Positions 25,315 to 37,102 of a stretch of 64,000 bases of DNA are shown here, one piece after another. The position numbers and the translations under genes are program-made. Numbering within the stretch: position 1 is the first letter of the stretch; each line of letters starts with the position of its first letter. The DNA comes from the human T2T-CHM13v2.0 reference genome, Homo sapiens. The stretch is from the NCBI RefSeq assembly GCF_009914755.1, contig NC_060935.1; one strand, written 5' to 3'. The notes beneath the pieces are model-generated. The model worked only from the letters and a program-made list of their open reading frames with translations. It ran no database searches and was not told the origin of the DNA.

Positions 25315-25970
25315 TTTTTTTGAGACAAAGTCTCACTCTGTTGCCCAGGCTGGAGTGCAGTGGCGTGATCTTGGCTCACTGCGACCTCCGTGATATGGTT
25401 TGGCTGTGCCCCACCCAGACCTCTACTTGAATTGTATCTCCCAGAATTCCCACGTGCTGTGGGAGGGACCTAATGGGAGGTAATTGAGTCACGGGGGCCC
25501 GTCTTTCCCGTGCTATTCTCGTGATAGTGAATAAGTCTCATGAGATCTGATGGGTTTGTCAGGGGTTTCCACTTTTGCTTCCTCCTCATTCTCTCTTGCC
25601 ACCACCATGTAAGAAGTACCTTCTACCCTCTATCATGATTGTGAGACCTTCCTCAGCCATGTGGAACTGCAAGTCCAATTAAACCTCTTTCTTTTGTAAA
25701 TTGCCCAGTCTCAGGTATGCCTTTATCAGCAGTGTAAAAATGGACTAATACACTCCACCTCCTGGGTTCAGGCAATTCTCCCACCTCAGCCTCCTGAGTA
25801 GTTGGGATTACAGGCGCCGGCCACCACACCCAGCTAATTTTTGTATTTTTAGTAGAGACATGGTTTTGCCATGTTGGCCAGGCTGGTCTGAAACTTCTGA
25901 CCTCAGACGATCCACTCACCTTGGCCTCCCAAAGTGCTGGGATTACCGGAGTGAGCCACCATGCCTGGCC
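25315..25970 (-). mobile_element. AluS split by THE1A
   Basis: Pieces 25315-25390 and 25753-25970 join into a continuous dimer; flanks tgaaatctggtttt / tggaatctggtttt. Confidence 0.92.
25391..25752 (+). mobile_element. THE1A solo LTR
   Basis: tgatatggtttggctgtg...ttgtatctcccagaattccc...aggggtttccacttttgcttc...ggactaataca; 362 bp; TSD ctccg/ctcca. Confidence 0.92.
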
Positions 25971-26039
25971 TTGGAATCTGGTTTTAAAACTTGTATATAT
26001 TAAGTACTTTGTAAATCCCTGTTGGTTTATTGAGGAATA

Positions 26040-26310
26040 AAAGCTGACACTTATTTAAATTATTATAACATATTCACAATAATATTTATTAACTTCTATG
26101 TGCTAGGCACTATGCTAGTCTTTCATGTATATCATTTCATTTCTTTCTTTTGACATCTAGGAGGTACACACCATTAATTTTTACAGATAAAAATGAGGCA
26201 CAGAGAGGTTAAGTTACTTGCCCAAACTCACACAGCTGGTAAGGGGTGGAGCCAGGATTTAATCCAGGCAGCTTGATTCCTGAGCCTAGGCTCTTAGTCA
26301 CTATGGTAAG
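26040..26310 (-). mobile_element. MIR SINE
   Basis: ttttacagata..tgaggcacagagaggttaagttacttgcccaa. Confidence 0.85.
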
Positions 26311-26999
26311 AAGGTGACTGGAAAACAATGGTGGTCTCATAATTTAAAGATTTACTGCCTTTATTTAAAATATCCATCCACAATGTGGACAATGCCAGCT
26401 ACCCCACCCCATTAGGAAGCTTTCTTGGGCTGGGATGGCCTTGCCCCAGCCTGGGCACTGCCAACCTACCACTCCCCATCCGAGTCTCAGCTGCCAGCCC
26501 TCTGTCCCTCCCTCTTTCTGTGTTTTGCCTAAATGACTGCACCCAACTTCTTCTCTGAGCTCTCAACCTCTGGTCTCTCCCTCCTTGCGTCCTTACAGCA
26601 CAGTTGCTGCCATCCAGTGCACAGCTGTGTTTCAGTGTACAGATTTGATCTCATCCATTCTGCAGTGACAGGAAGGAGTAACTGAGCAAAGGCTGCAGTC
26701 TGGAGCCCCCCTGCTGGACTGGGCTCACCAATCTGTGTGGTTTTGTTCTGTCCAGCCCAGTATTTAATAATGTTTCTAAATTTGTTGTCAGCATTTGCAA
26801 ATTAGATGTCACACAAAGTCTGGATTTTTAGTTTCTCTTGAAAAACTGGCCTATTTTGGAAACACTGGGTCTGTATGCCCATGGGCTCAGGCTGCCAAGT
26901 GCAGATGGGGTATGTGCTGTCTAAGATGGCACAGTCCCTCCTCCCTATGACTTGGGCCCTTATAGCCATATTCATTTTCCTTTCTAGCTTGTCACAAAT

Positions 27000-27225
27000 A
27001 ATAACTGATAATAATGATACAGAGTGCGCATGCATATAACACTATGTGTCAGACACTGTTCGAAGTGCTTTACTTTTTATCACTGCAGCCAATTTGGGAA
27101 GAGGTACTGTTACACTGGCACCACTTTGCAGATGAGGGAACTGGGGCCACACTAGTAGTGAAATGTCTGGGACTCACACCCTGGCATTCTGGCTTCAGAG
27201 TCTTTGCTTTGAAGCTCTGCACTGT
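27000..27225 (-). mobile_element. MIR SINE
   Basis: actatgtgtcagacactgtt...ctttgcagatgagggaactgggg. Confidence 0.7.
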
Positions 27226-30200
27226 TACCTCTCAATACAGAGAATGGAATTTGTGTCTCTGCTCTAAAAGGAGAGAGAAGCAGGGAGGAAACTGCCCCTG
27301 CCCCCTGTGCTGCCTGAAGCTGACACATCAAAACTACAAAAACCCCAGAGCTGATTTCCTATACAAATAACATGCAAGCAGGGAAAGACTGTTTTTCTTT
27401 ATTGCTCTAAACAAAGTTGAACTTGCACTAGAGATGGGGGCAATCAAAGGATCCCAGCTGAACACCTAGCAGTGTCTCTGGGGCCATCTCAGAGCCAGCT
27501 GTGGTAGAGAGAGCTTTCTTCTATCTCTCATGGAACAGAGGGAATTAATTAATTCTATTAAGCCTCCGTCCAACTCTCATTTGAAACATAAGCCCATAAA
27601 CAAATGTAATCCATCTCCATCCCAGATTCTCTCCGGGAAAGGCAGGCAGATGGAGAGGCAGATATGAAACATGGTGCTGGACTAAGTAAGCATACTGGCC
27701 TTTATGCCAATATCCACGGTGGTCGCCCATCCTTCCTGAGCCTCCCTGTGCTGCAGAGTCCACAACATGATAAATGGAGCCTGTCACACAGAGAGAGATT
27801 AATTTGGGGGCAGGGTTACTTGCCTGGCAGCCATGGGAAAGTGAGCCCTCTATACGCTTGGCTCAAGTCAGAATTTCATTTGAAAGCTTCTATAATTCAG
27901 AGGCAAAGGGAATATGGCTGGTTCAAGGGGGTGACGGCTGTCCAAAGACCAACCTGAGAGCTGAAGATATTCACTGGGTACTTCGATATGCCAGGTGCTG
28001 TGGATGTAACAATGGACAAGCCTCTAGCATACATAGTTAAGATGATCATAGGATTCCAGACCAGAGTGCTTTGAGAGTGAAGAACACAGGCTTCAATTGG
28101 AACTATCTGGAGCTCAATGGGACATGCCGTCACAGTAAGCAGAGCCATTAAGACCACCCACAGCTCTGGAGCTCCCAATTCTGAATCTGGCCAAGTGACC
28201 ATGAGCTTGTTTCTTGCTGCACAAAATGGGAACAATAACAGTACAGAGCTCTTGCCTCTCATAAATGTTGTAAGGGTTATATCAGATAATAATAGTGGCC
28301 AGAATTTGCTAAGAACCCCCTCCTCACAAGACAAGAGCTTGAGGTCAAGTCGTTGGGCTCTGTGGTGTTTACCTGGTTTTCCAGAAGCTGAGATGTCAGG
28401 TGGGCTTTGCAAGGTGAGAGCCAGTGCTTAATGGCTCTGGAATATCCAAGGGAATTAAAGAGGCAAAGGTGGGGAAGAGAACAGGAGAAACGAAGAGACA
28501 ACTGGAAGCGGAAAGAAATGTTGGGTGGACATTGGACAGCTAATGGAAATGTTTCAAAGTACCTACTGTTTGGTCCACGCTGTGATTCCATCTACAAGCC
28601 CGTCTCTGCATAACGTCTTCAGCAAAGTAGCCATTGTTTCTGAACGTCTTGATGGAGGCAGATCTTTTTGGGAGGATACAGCAGACTCAAGGTGGGTCGG
28701 CAGAGGGAGCTGAGGCACTCCCCATGTCCTACTCCGCACTCCATGAAGGCTCAACTAAGGGTGAATTGGTGAACACCAAGTGCTTAGCCTAGTACCAGTC
28801 TGTAGAGAAGTTTCTATAAACCGTATTATTATCACCATTATCTTTATTATGTAGGCTGGCTTTGGTCTATCAACACTAACCTGGAAATATAAAGCTGGAG
28901 ATCAGTAGGGCAGACGGGGGGGAAATATGCCCCATAAGAACAAAGGGGAGTGTTATTATTATACATTATCCCTAGGGAAGCCTAGGGTTCAGGAGAAAGA
29001 AATGACTTCGAGAAATCCCAGGAGAGTCTCAGGCAGCTCTACGTGTGCCAGGTCTACCTCCAGTAAGACATGGGTGGTATTCCACACTGATCAGTTGTTT
29101 GAAGAATGAGAAGAATGTTAATTAATCCTGTTATCTGAGCAGAGTACTTTCTGGTTCAATTTCTCTGATAAAACCACCCTGAATGGAGAACTCTCAGAAC
29201 ACCCAAGCAGGCCTCCTTCTAGGATCCCTTGAGGTTCAGCGAGACTTGGAAACGGGTGGGATGGGGCACCCTTTCTGGTCCTAGGAACTTCAGGGTCAGG
29301 GCTGACTCTTTCCTCTCAGTGTTCTGACCAGAGACCCTTTACAATCCAGTCTTCTTCTCCCTTTAAATATAGCCGCACTTTAGAAAGAAATGGGAAAAAA
29401 TTAATTCATGTGTCACTTTGGCACATTGTTTTTTTCTCATAGTCTCTCCTTAAAACCTGCAGGCATTTAAAAAAATACTGGTGATGCACCAGGGACTGCA
29501 TGCTGGGCACTGGATAGAACTGCTTTAGAACAGACTTCAATAAGTGAATTGTTAAATTGAAAGGCAAGAACAATTTGATGTTTCGAGGAGATCATGGTTT
29601 TGCAAAAGCGATTCTTAAAGTGATTGGCAGCTTATGGGGATTCACAATTTAGCATGAAGGGCTGACGATCTCAAAGGCAGCTGGGCAAAGACCCCAGAAT
29701 GATTCCTTCAGGACCAAGATGTGACTGGCTTGTGTGATTTGTATCAGAATTCCATGTTGATCAGAAATGCATTCAGAATTGTTTCAAATGTTAAAAAAAC
29801 AGAAAAGAGAGACAAATTCTAGTTCAACATCTGTAAGGGAGTACATGTACTCTCAGTGAGTGATATGCAAGATTTGCAGATTAGACAAAAAGTATTGTTA
29901 GTGTCTACCCTGTGTGAAAAGTATATAAGACGCCTTGACCTTTGTAAGTTCCTCCATCTAGCTACTTAGAGGATTTCTTTGTTGCCTGAGGCTGTCTGTA
30001 AGGGTCTCACAACCTTGCCTCTGAAATATGGTTTCACTTACCTTGGGGACCCTTTCATGCAAGGTGGAGGTTGGCCTGAACAGCTAAAAAGACAGTGAAC
30101 AAAGACTTCACTGAGCACGCAGTAAAGGCTGTAGGAACCACATTATTTCTGCTCACTCTAAAAGTTGAGCAGATGTTGGTAGTGTGGAAGATTTGGTCTG

Positions 30201-30512
30201 AGATTTGCTCTCAGGTGGTAGAAGAGCAGCTAACTTTCACCCATCAGCCTTTATAGTGGTTTCCATCACTTACCAAAAATAAACTAAGTATACGTACATA
30301 AGGTATGTGATTCTCGCAATGACGCCGTGATGTAAATGCTATTATTACCTCCACTTACTGTTGAGGAAACAGGTCTGGAAAGCTTAAGTCACCTATCCAA
30401 GGACACAGTCAGAATATAGATCTAGGGCATTTGGTTCTAAAGCCCATGCTCTTTTTACAATGTAGAAATAAGTTTTATGTTGCTTTTTTTTTTTTTAAAA
30501 TATCACATGCTT

Positions 30513-30809
30513 GGTGGGGTGCGGTGGCTCACGCCTGTAATTCGAGCACTTTGGGAGGCCGAGGCGGGTGGATCACCTGAAGTCAGGAGTTCGGGACCAG
30601 CCTGGCCAACATGGAGAAATCCCGTCTCTACTAAAAATACAAAAATTAGCCAGGTGTGGTGGCATGTGCCTGTTATCCCAGCTACTCAGGAGGCTGAGGT
30701 AGGAGAATCACTTGAACCTGGGAGGCAGAGGTTGCAGTGAGCCAAGATTGTGCCACTGCACACTCCAGCCTGGGCAACAAGCGCAAAACTCTGTCTCAAA
30801 AAAAAAAAA
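30513..30809 (+). mobile_element. AluSx-like
   Basis: Full dimer; TSD atcacatgct on both sides. Confidence 0.92.
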
Positions 30810-31927
30810 TCACATGCTCATAGAAAAATCAGAAAATATATAAATGTATGAAATAGTCTAATTCCACTACTCACAGAAAATCATGTTAAGTCTTGGTGTA
30901 TTACTTCCAGACCTATTTCCATGCACATTTAGTTGAGATTGCACTGTATTTACAGTTTTGTGTTTTGCTTCCTTAACATGTTATAAATATTTCTTGATAT
31001 TATTAAAAGTTATTGACATCATTTTTAAGGCAAACATAATGTTCCATTCTATGGCTATATTGTACCACCTGTTTTGGACATTAACTTCATTTGTACTTTT
31101 GCTATTGTCAATAACAACAAAACGGCCATCTCTGAAGGTGATTTTTGTTTATATTTCTTAGTATTTTATCAGGGCAGATTTCTGGAAAGGGTATTACTGG
31201 GTCAAAGGGCAAGAACAGTTTAATGGACATTATGAGGCATTAGAATGCAAAAAGTGCACTCTGTTTTTGTAAATAACAAAAAATGAGCATTACTTTTCAA
31301 GACTGAGATTAAAAAATCAAGATAAATGAAAACCATGAGGATTCTGACTGAGAATGAACTGACCAGCCATCAGGTTTAATTAGTGCTACTTTTCTGACCA
31401 GTAAGGAAGGGGCAGCACAAATACCCATGGAGCTCCTCCTTGACTATTGAATTTGGCATTTTTGAAGCATTTTTGCCAAGCTTGATTTGTTAAAATTTAG
31501 CAACAACAAAGTCATCAAATTTTCAGGCAGGGGCCAGAAAGGAAAAACTAGTTCACAAAGATTTACAGCCTTCAGGAATGTTCCAGAAGGCTTTTCCAGA
31601 TGGCAAAGGGCTAGAGAGAAAAGGGTCTTTCCAGCTTGGGCTTGACTGGAGGCTAGGAAGGGAGGTCAGGGTGAGAGCAGCGGCAGGAAGGACGGTGTTG
31701 GCCCGTGGGACTGATGGTTGTGTTCTGCACCCGGTGAGAGGTGGTTTGAGGGCTAGGAAGTCAGTTTATCTTCCCAAACAGGATAGGTAGAGGAAGAAGG
31801 GGGCACGTGACTGCCAGCCCAAGGAAGTCCTTTGGAACAGCAGGCACAAGGTCGATGATGGGAGGAAGGGAAGTGTTAATGAATCACAGAGAGATATGCT
31901 GTGTCTTAAACTCCTGACAAGGGGCGG

Positions 31928-31991
31928 GTAACCTGCCATAGGGAACATGATTGCAGTGTGTAACCCGCCGTAGGGAACATGATTGCAGTGT
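31928..31991 (+). repeat. 32-bp tandem duplication (2 mismatches)
   Basis: gtaacctgccatagggaacatgattgcagtgt / gtaacccgccgtagggaacatgattgcagtgt. Confidence 0.92.
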
Positions 31992-32715
31992 ACCTGGAGC
32001 TGCGGTTGTTAACCTAGGGATTGTGCCCCGTGGATAGCATTTTCAGGAATTCTGTGCATGCCCTGAATTTATGAAGAATTCATGCAGAAAAAAAAACAGA
32101 CATAGTTTTTGGTGAGACAAGGTCTATAGCTTTCAGGAGTCTGTGATCCCCAAAAGATTAGAAACAAGTGACCTGTGTGTATATTCCCTCTATCTCTAGG
32201 ATCAAAGGTATCTTCTCTCCTGAGCCTAACTCCTCCTCCCCTGTTCCAAGGTGCCTCTTGCCCTGGCAGTGGCAGAAAGCCCTGTCTGGATGCAGTGGTA
32301 GGTGCCCCAGCCTAATGGTTGTAATGGAGGGTTTAGTGGGAGGTGTGGGTAGGTCAGGTAACAGCAGATGCTCCGGGAAAAGCTCTGTGCTTCGGCAGAA
32401 AGCTGGGAAGCGTCTAGGTGAGTCTATCAGGACAAGATTTTCACTTGGAGACATATTCTGTTTCCTAAAAGTATAATTCCTTTCACGGGAGCGTGGCAAC
32501 ACCCAGGGCTGGCTATAACTGCTGCTTGAAGAGGCTTATTGACACAGTGAGAGCGTCACGTTTGAGATTAGGGCTGTATTTCTCTTGAGAGCCCCTTGGC
32601 TCTCTTCATTATACTCAGTTTCTTTTGAAGGATTTATTTTTTAATTTTTTTGTAGAGATGGGGCCTTATCATCTTGGGATTTATTTCAAAAAATAAATCC
32701 ATCTTTTGAAGGATT

Positions 32716-32850
32716 TATTTTTTAATATTTTTGTAGAGATGGGGCCTTATTATTTGAGCCCAGGCTGGTCTCAAACTCCTGTGTTCAAGCGATCCTCCAG
32801 CCTCAGTCTCCTAAAGTGCTGGCATTACAGTATGAGCCACCGGCCCAGCC
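32716..32850 (-). mobile_element. Alu left monomer (FLAM_C-like); its 3' end is duplicated at 32621-32672
   Basis: gtagagatgggg...caggctggtctcaaactcct...gagccaccggcccagcc; TSD tgaaggattta. Confidence 0.8.
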
Positions 32851-32879
32851 TTCTGAAGGATTTAAGAAATAAGTGTTTA

Positions 32880-33237
<358 letters not shown>

Positions 33238-33389
33238 CTAGCAATAGTGAAATAATAGACGAAACTGTGGAGCATTCATATTATGAAATACTAGATAGCT
33301 TTTAAAAGAATATTAGCTCCGTAGGCAGTGACCTAAAGGGAGACCACAATGTTTTCTTAAATGAAAAACCAAGCTAGTATAGTACATAG

Positions 33390-33615
33390 GATGGGAATAG
33401 GCAAACAGCTTTTTGTAAAGAGCCAAATAGTAAATATTGTAGGCTTTGTGGGCCATACAGTTTTTGCTACAACTACTCAGCTTGGCAATTGTAGTGCAAA
33501 AACAGCTATAGACAATACACAAAAGAATAGGCGTGGCTGTGTTCCAATAAAACTTTATTTACAAAAGCAAGCAGTGGATCAGATTTTGTCTACCAGTCAT
33601 GGTTTGCAGATACTT
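33390..33615 (+). mobile_element. MER58A inside an old L1 fragment (~33190-33850)
   Basis: gtaaagagccaaatagtaaatatt..aggctttgtgggccata...ggctgtgttccaataaaactttattt. Confidence 0.8.
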
Positions 33616-33899
33616 TGCATAGTGTATAATATCTTTGAAAAGAAACTTTGAATATCGTGTATGTGTTTTATAAGAATAGGCTCCAAACTATTAATACTGG
33701 TTACCTTGGGGAGAAAAAGGGTGGGATTGGCAGTAGGGTGATTATTCATTTTTTCTTTATTCATTTCTGTTTTCTTTGATTTGAAATGAAACACATGTAT
33801 TGTTTCATAATTTCTTTTTCACGTTCCTAAAATGAAATACATATGCAGTGGGAATTCCCAGATGTATAGAAATGACTTTGCCTATGGAATGGGACAGTT

Positions 33900-34250
33900 T
33901 TGACTTGATTTAAGGGGATTTTGATTGACCACAAGCTTCAAGAAACCATCAGTTGCTAAAAGCCTAACCTAGTTTGAGATGGTGGTAATGAAAGTATAAT
34001 TTTCTGATTAATAGAGGGGACAGTCCCAGTGTTTTTTGCAACAGTCAAACCATATCTAGGACTTCCTTTTAATTTTGGGGTGCTGAGTTGTAAGGCAGAC
34101 ATGGACAAACTAGATGTTTGCTGAAGACAGAGACTGGGAAGGTGAAGAGTGTGGAAGTGCTGTCAAGAGGAGTGGAGCTTGCTGAGCCTGAAGAAGAGAG
34201 GGCAAGCATGGAAGAAATAAAAGCTGCCCTCACATCCTAGAGAGGAGAAA
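33900..34250 (+). mobile_element. L3/CR1 LINE fragment
   Basis: ttgaccacaagct...gtcaaaccatatctag...aaggcagacatggacaaactag...agcctgaagaagaga. Confidence 0.6.
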
Positions 34251-34429
34251 GGAACTGTTACCCATGCTCCAGGCTGTGCCCTGAACCACTGATATCCACT
34301 TCTTGTCAAGCAGATGATGGTCCAGCCAGCATGTAAGGGCGAGATCCTTACATAGCCTCCTTCTAAAGTATTTCAGGAGGACCTGGTCTCTGCAAGATTC
34401 AGGAGCTTGGGGAGGGGGAAAAAAGTTCC

Positions 34430-34665
34430 TATGGTGGTTCAGGGCCTGAACTTTGGGATAGATAGACCTGGTTTTGCAACCCTGGAAAAGTTTCTGAATC
34501 TCTCCAAGCCTCCATTTTTCCTCTGTAAAAGAGCCATAATAAGATTATGATAATGATACTTATTTCATGGGGCCATTATGAGAATCAAATGAATCAATGC
34601 ACATTTAGCATTTTCCAGTATGTCTGGCACAATCAGTAAGTGCTCAGTACATGTTAACAGTTTGT
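34430..34665 (+). mobile_element. MIR SINE
   Basis: aatctctccaagcctc...ctgtaaaa...atgagaatcaaatga...agtaagtgctcagta. Confidence 0.7.
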
Positions 34666-35580
34666 TGTTGGCTTGGTTCTTATTATTGTGGTCGTTACTC
34701 TAACAGCTGCGGGAGTAGTCTTCTAGTTTGCTCCTGTAGCTGTGTTTGACATGCTGGTCCCCTTAACTTCACAACATTTCACCCCATACTCTTCTTAGCC
34801 AAAACCAAGGTGATAGCTTGGCTGCATGGCTTTCTCTGGGCCTTGGTTGTTTTCATCTGTAAAACAGCCTTCACGGTATCTATTGTTCCTATTTAATAAG
34901 GCAGATGAGGTATGAAAGACTCCATGGATATATCCTTGGAGAGAGAAATGAAGGATGTAAATCGAAGGTGACACAGTGCCTAAAGCCCGAGTTCCCTGCC
35001 TCACCTTTCTATGCATCCGAATCCCACTCCTGCTTTAACTAACCAAGTCCCCGCCTCTTCCGACCATGTGTTTATCTCCTTCCTGGAACTTCCGGGCACC
35101 TCTGTCTGCCTTGCCCATTTGGGCTGGTAATTCTATGCTGTATTGATTTGCATCATAAATTAATAATCTCACATGGCTGTGTCATAACCATAACTGTAAG
35201 TAAGATCTGAGAGAGTTGGGTCTTTGTCTTACATATTTTCATATTAATAGCTATTTAAAAAAATTATTTTAGAATGAATAATTGATGCCAAGTTCAAGCA
35301 GATTGCTGTGTGTCAGAAATGGTGCCAGATGTCTTCACAGATAATCAATATTGAATGACATCACAACACCCCTATAACTCCGCTACCAATGTCTCTACTT
35401 TACTGATGAGCAGTGGAGTTCAGAAAATTAGTTAGCTAGCCCGTGACCACTCACGTATAGTAAAAGATTTGTTCTTTCCTATTCTCTCAGGGCCAAGCGG
35501 GGTATCAGGCACACAGTATGTTCAGGGTACATTTGATGTAAAATGTCCTTAGCATCCCTCGCTGAAAAATTGAAGATTTT

Positions 35581-35917
<337 letters not shown>

Positions 35918-36705
35918 CTAAATTAAAGTTAAAAAAAATTCCATAGGAGCTTGTACTTGCCTCTTTCTGGCATCTGTTTACCAAACAGGCTGATCATTCA
36001 CCTGGAACTGAACCAGGGCCAGTGAGGGAGGGGAAACAGGAGGCCCGAGTAGGACCCAGGTTTCCTGCAGGGAAGTCCTGGCCAAGTATCCCGCTTCCTT
36101 CTGGTCGATTGTTCATGGGAAGGAAGGCGAGGGGCCTTCTGTTCTTTCTCTGGAATCCCGTGGTGCCCGTCTTTGGCAGGCAGAAACAATGAGCCTACCC
36201 CAGCCTCTCACAGTGTGTTTGAGGCACATCTTCCCCATTCTGTGGCCTAGGTGATGCTTGGACACATTGTAAGCACACAGATGTATGGATTTATTATTAT
36301 TTCCTAAAACCTATGCTCTGCTGGCTGAGATGGGCCTGGGATTTATAAGCCCTACCAATTAGCTGAGTGCTGAGCACTGTAATCCAGGGCCAGTACTGCT
36401 CTCCTAGCTGCAGGAAAGGGGTGGTGAAAAATCACAAGAGGAAAATGGAACCTGGCACTAGAATGTGAGCAAAAAAGAGGCAATTCTGCTGACTTCAGAG
36501 AAGCTTCCTTGCAGAAGGAATCTGAAACACGAGCAACTCTCTGGGGAGGATGAGAAGCTCTTCTACAAGGAGGAGGAAAACATACCTTAGGCTATATGGC
36601 TGCTGGGAATCCAGGTTAAAATGTTTAACCCTGGAGAAAAAGAGGTCAGTTAGGAGTTTCTTACTGTAATCCAAGTGGTGACAATGAGGGCCCGGATGCA
36701 GGAAG

Positions 36706-36930
36706 AGAGTGAGTGTGTGTGTGAGTGTGTGTGTGGGTGTGTGGGAGGGTGGGTGTGTGTGTGGGAGGGTGGGTGGGTGTGAGTGCGTGTGGGGTGGGTG
36801 TGTGTGGGGGGTATAAGTGAGTGTGTGTGTGGGATGGGTGAGTGTGTGGATGTGTGAGTCTGTGAATGTGAGAGTGTGTGTGGGTGTGGGTGTGTGTGAA
36901 TGTGTGAGTGTGTGTGTATGCATGTGTGTG
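36706..36930 (+). repeat. Degenerate GT/GGGT-rich tandem repeat
   Basis: Direct reading; source of the spurious His/Thr/Pro ORF 36495-36998. Confidence 0.9.
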
Positions 36931-37102
36931 CCGGGGAGGAGGAAGTGGTGGAGAAGTGAAGAATAAGAGGGAGTGAAGAATAAGAGGGACAGTGGCAAGA
37001 GGTTCTTAAAGGTAAAGATAAAGCTTGACTTGGGATTGGTTATGAAACAGAGAACCAGTTAAAAAAAGTTCATGTTTCAGAATTTGTTAAAACTAGAGTT
37101 TT

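Noticed and set aside
27897-28431. Longest ORF (171 aa, minus strand) and the overlapping 104-aa plus-strand ORF
   Set aside because: Overlap MIR-like sequence; no recognisable domain or splice context; consistent with chance.
21486-31991. 27-bp and 32-bp repeats as CRISPR-like arrays
   Set aside because: Each is two adjacent copies with no spacer, in primate DNA, with no cas genes.
36495-36998. 167-aa His/Thr/Pro-rich ORF
   Set aside because: Artefact of the stop-free (CA)-rich strand of the GT repeat.
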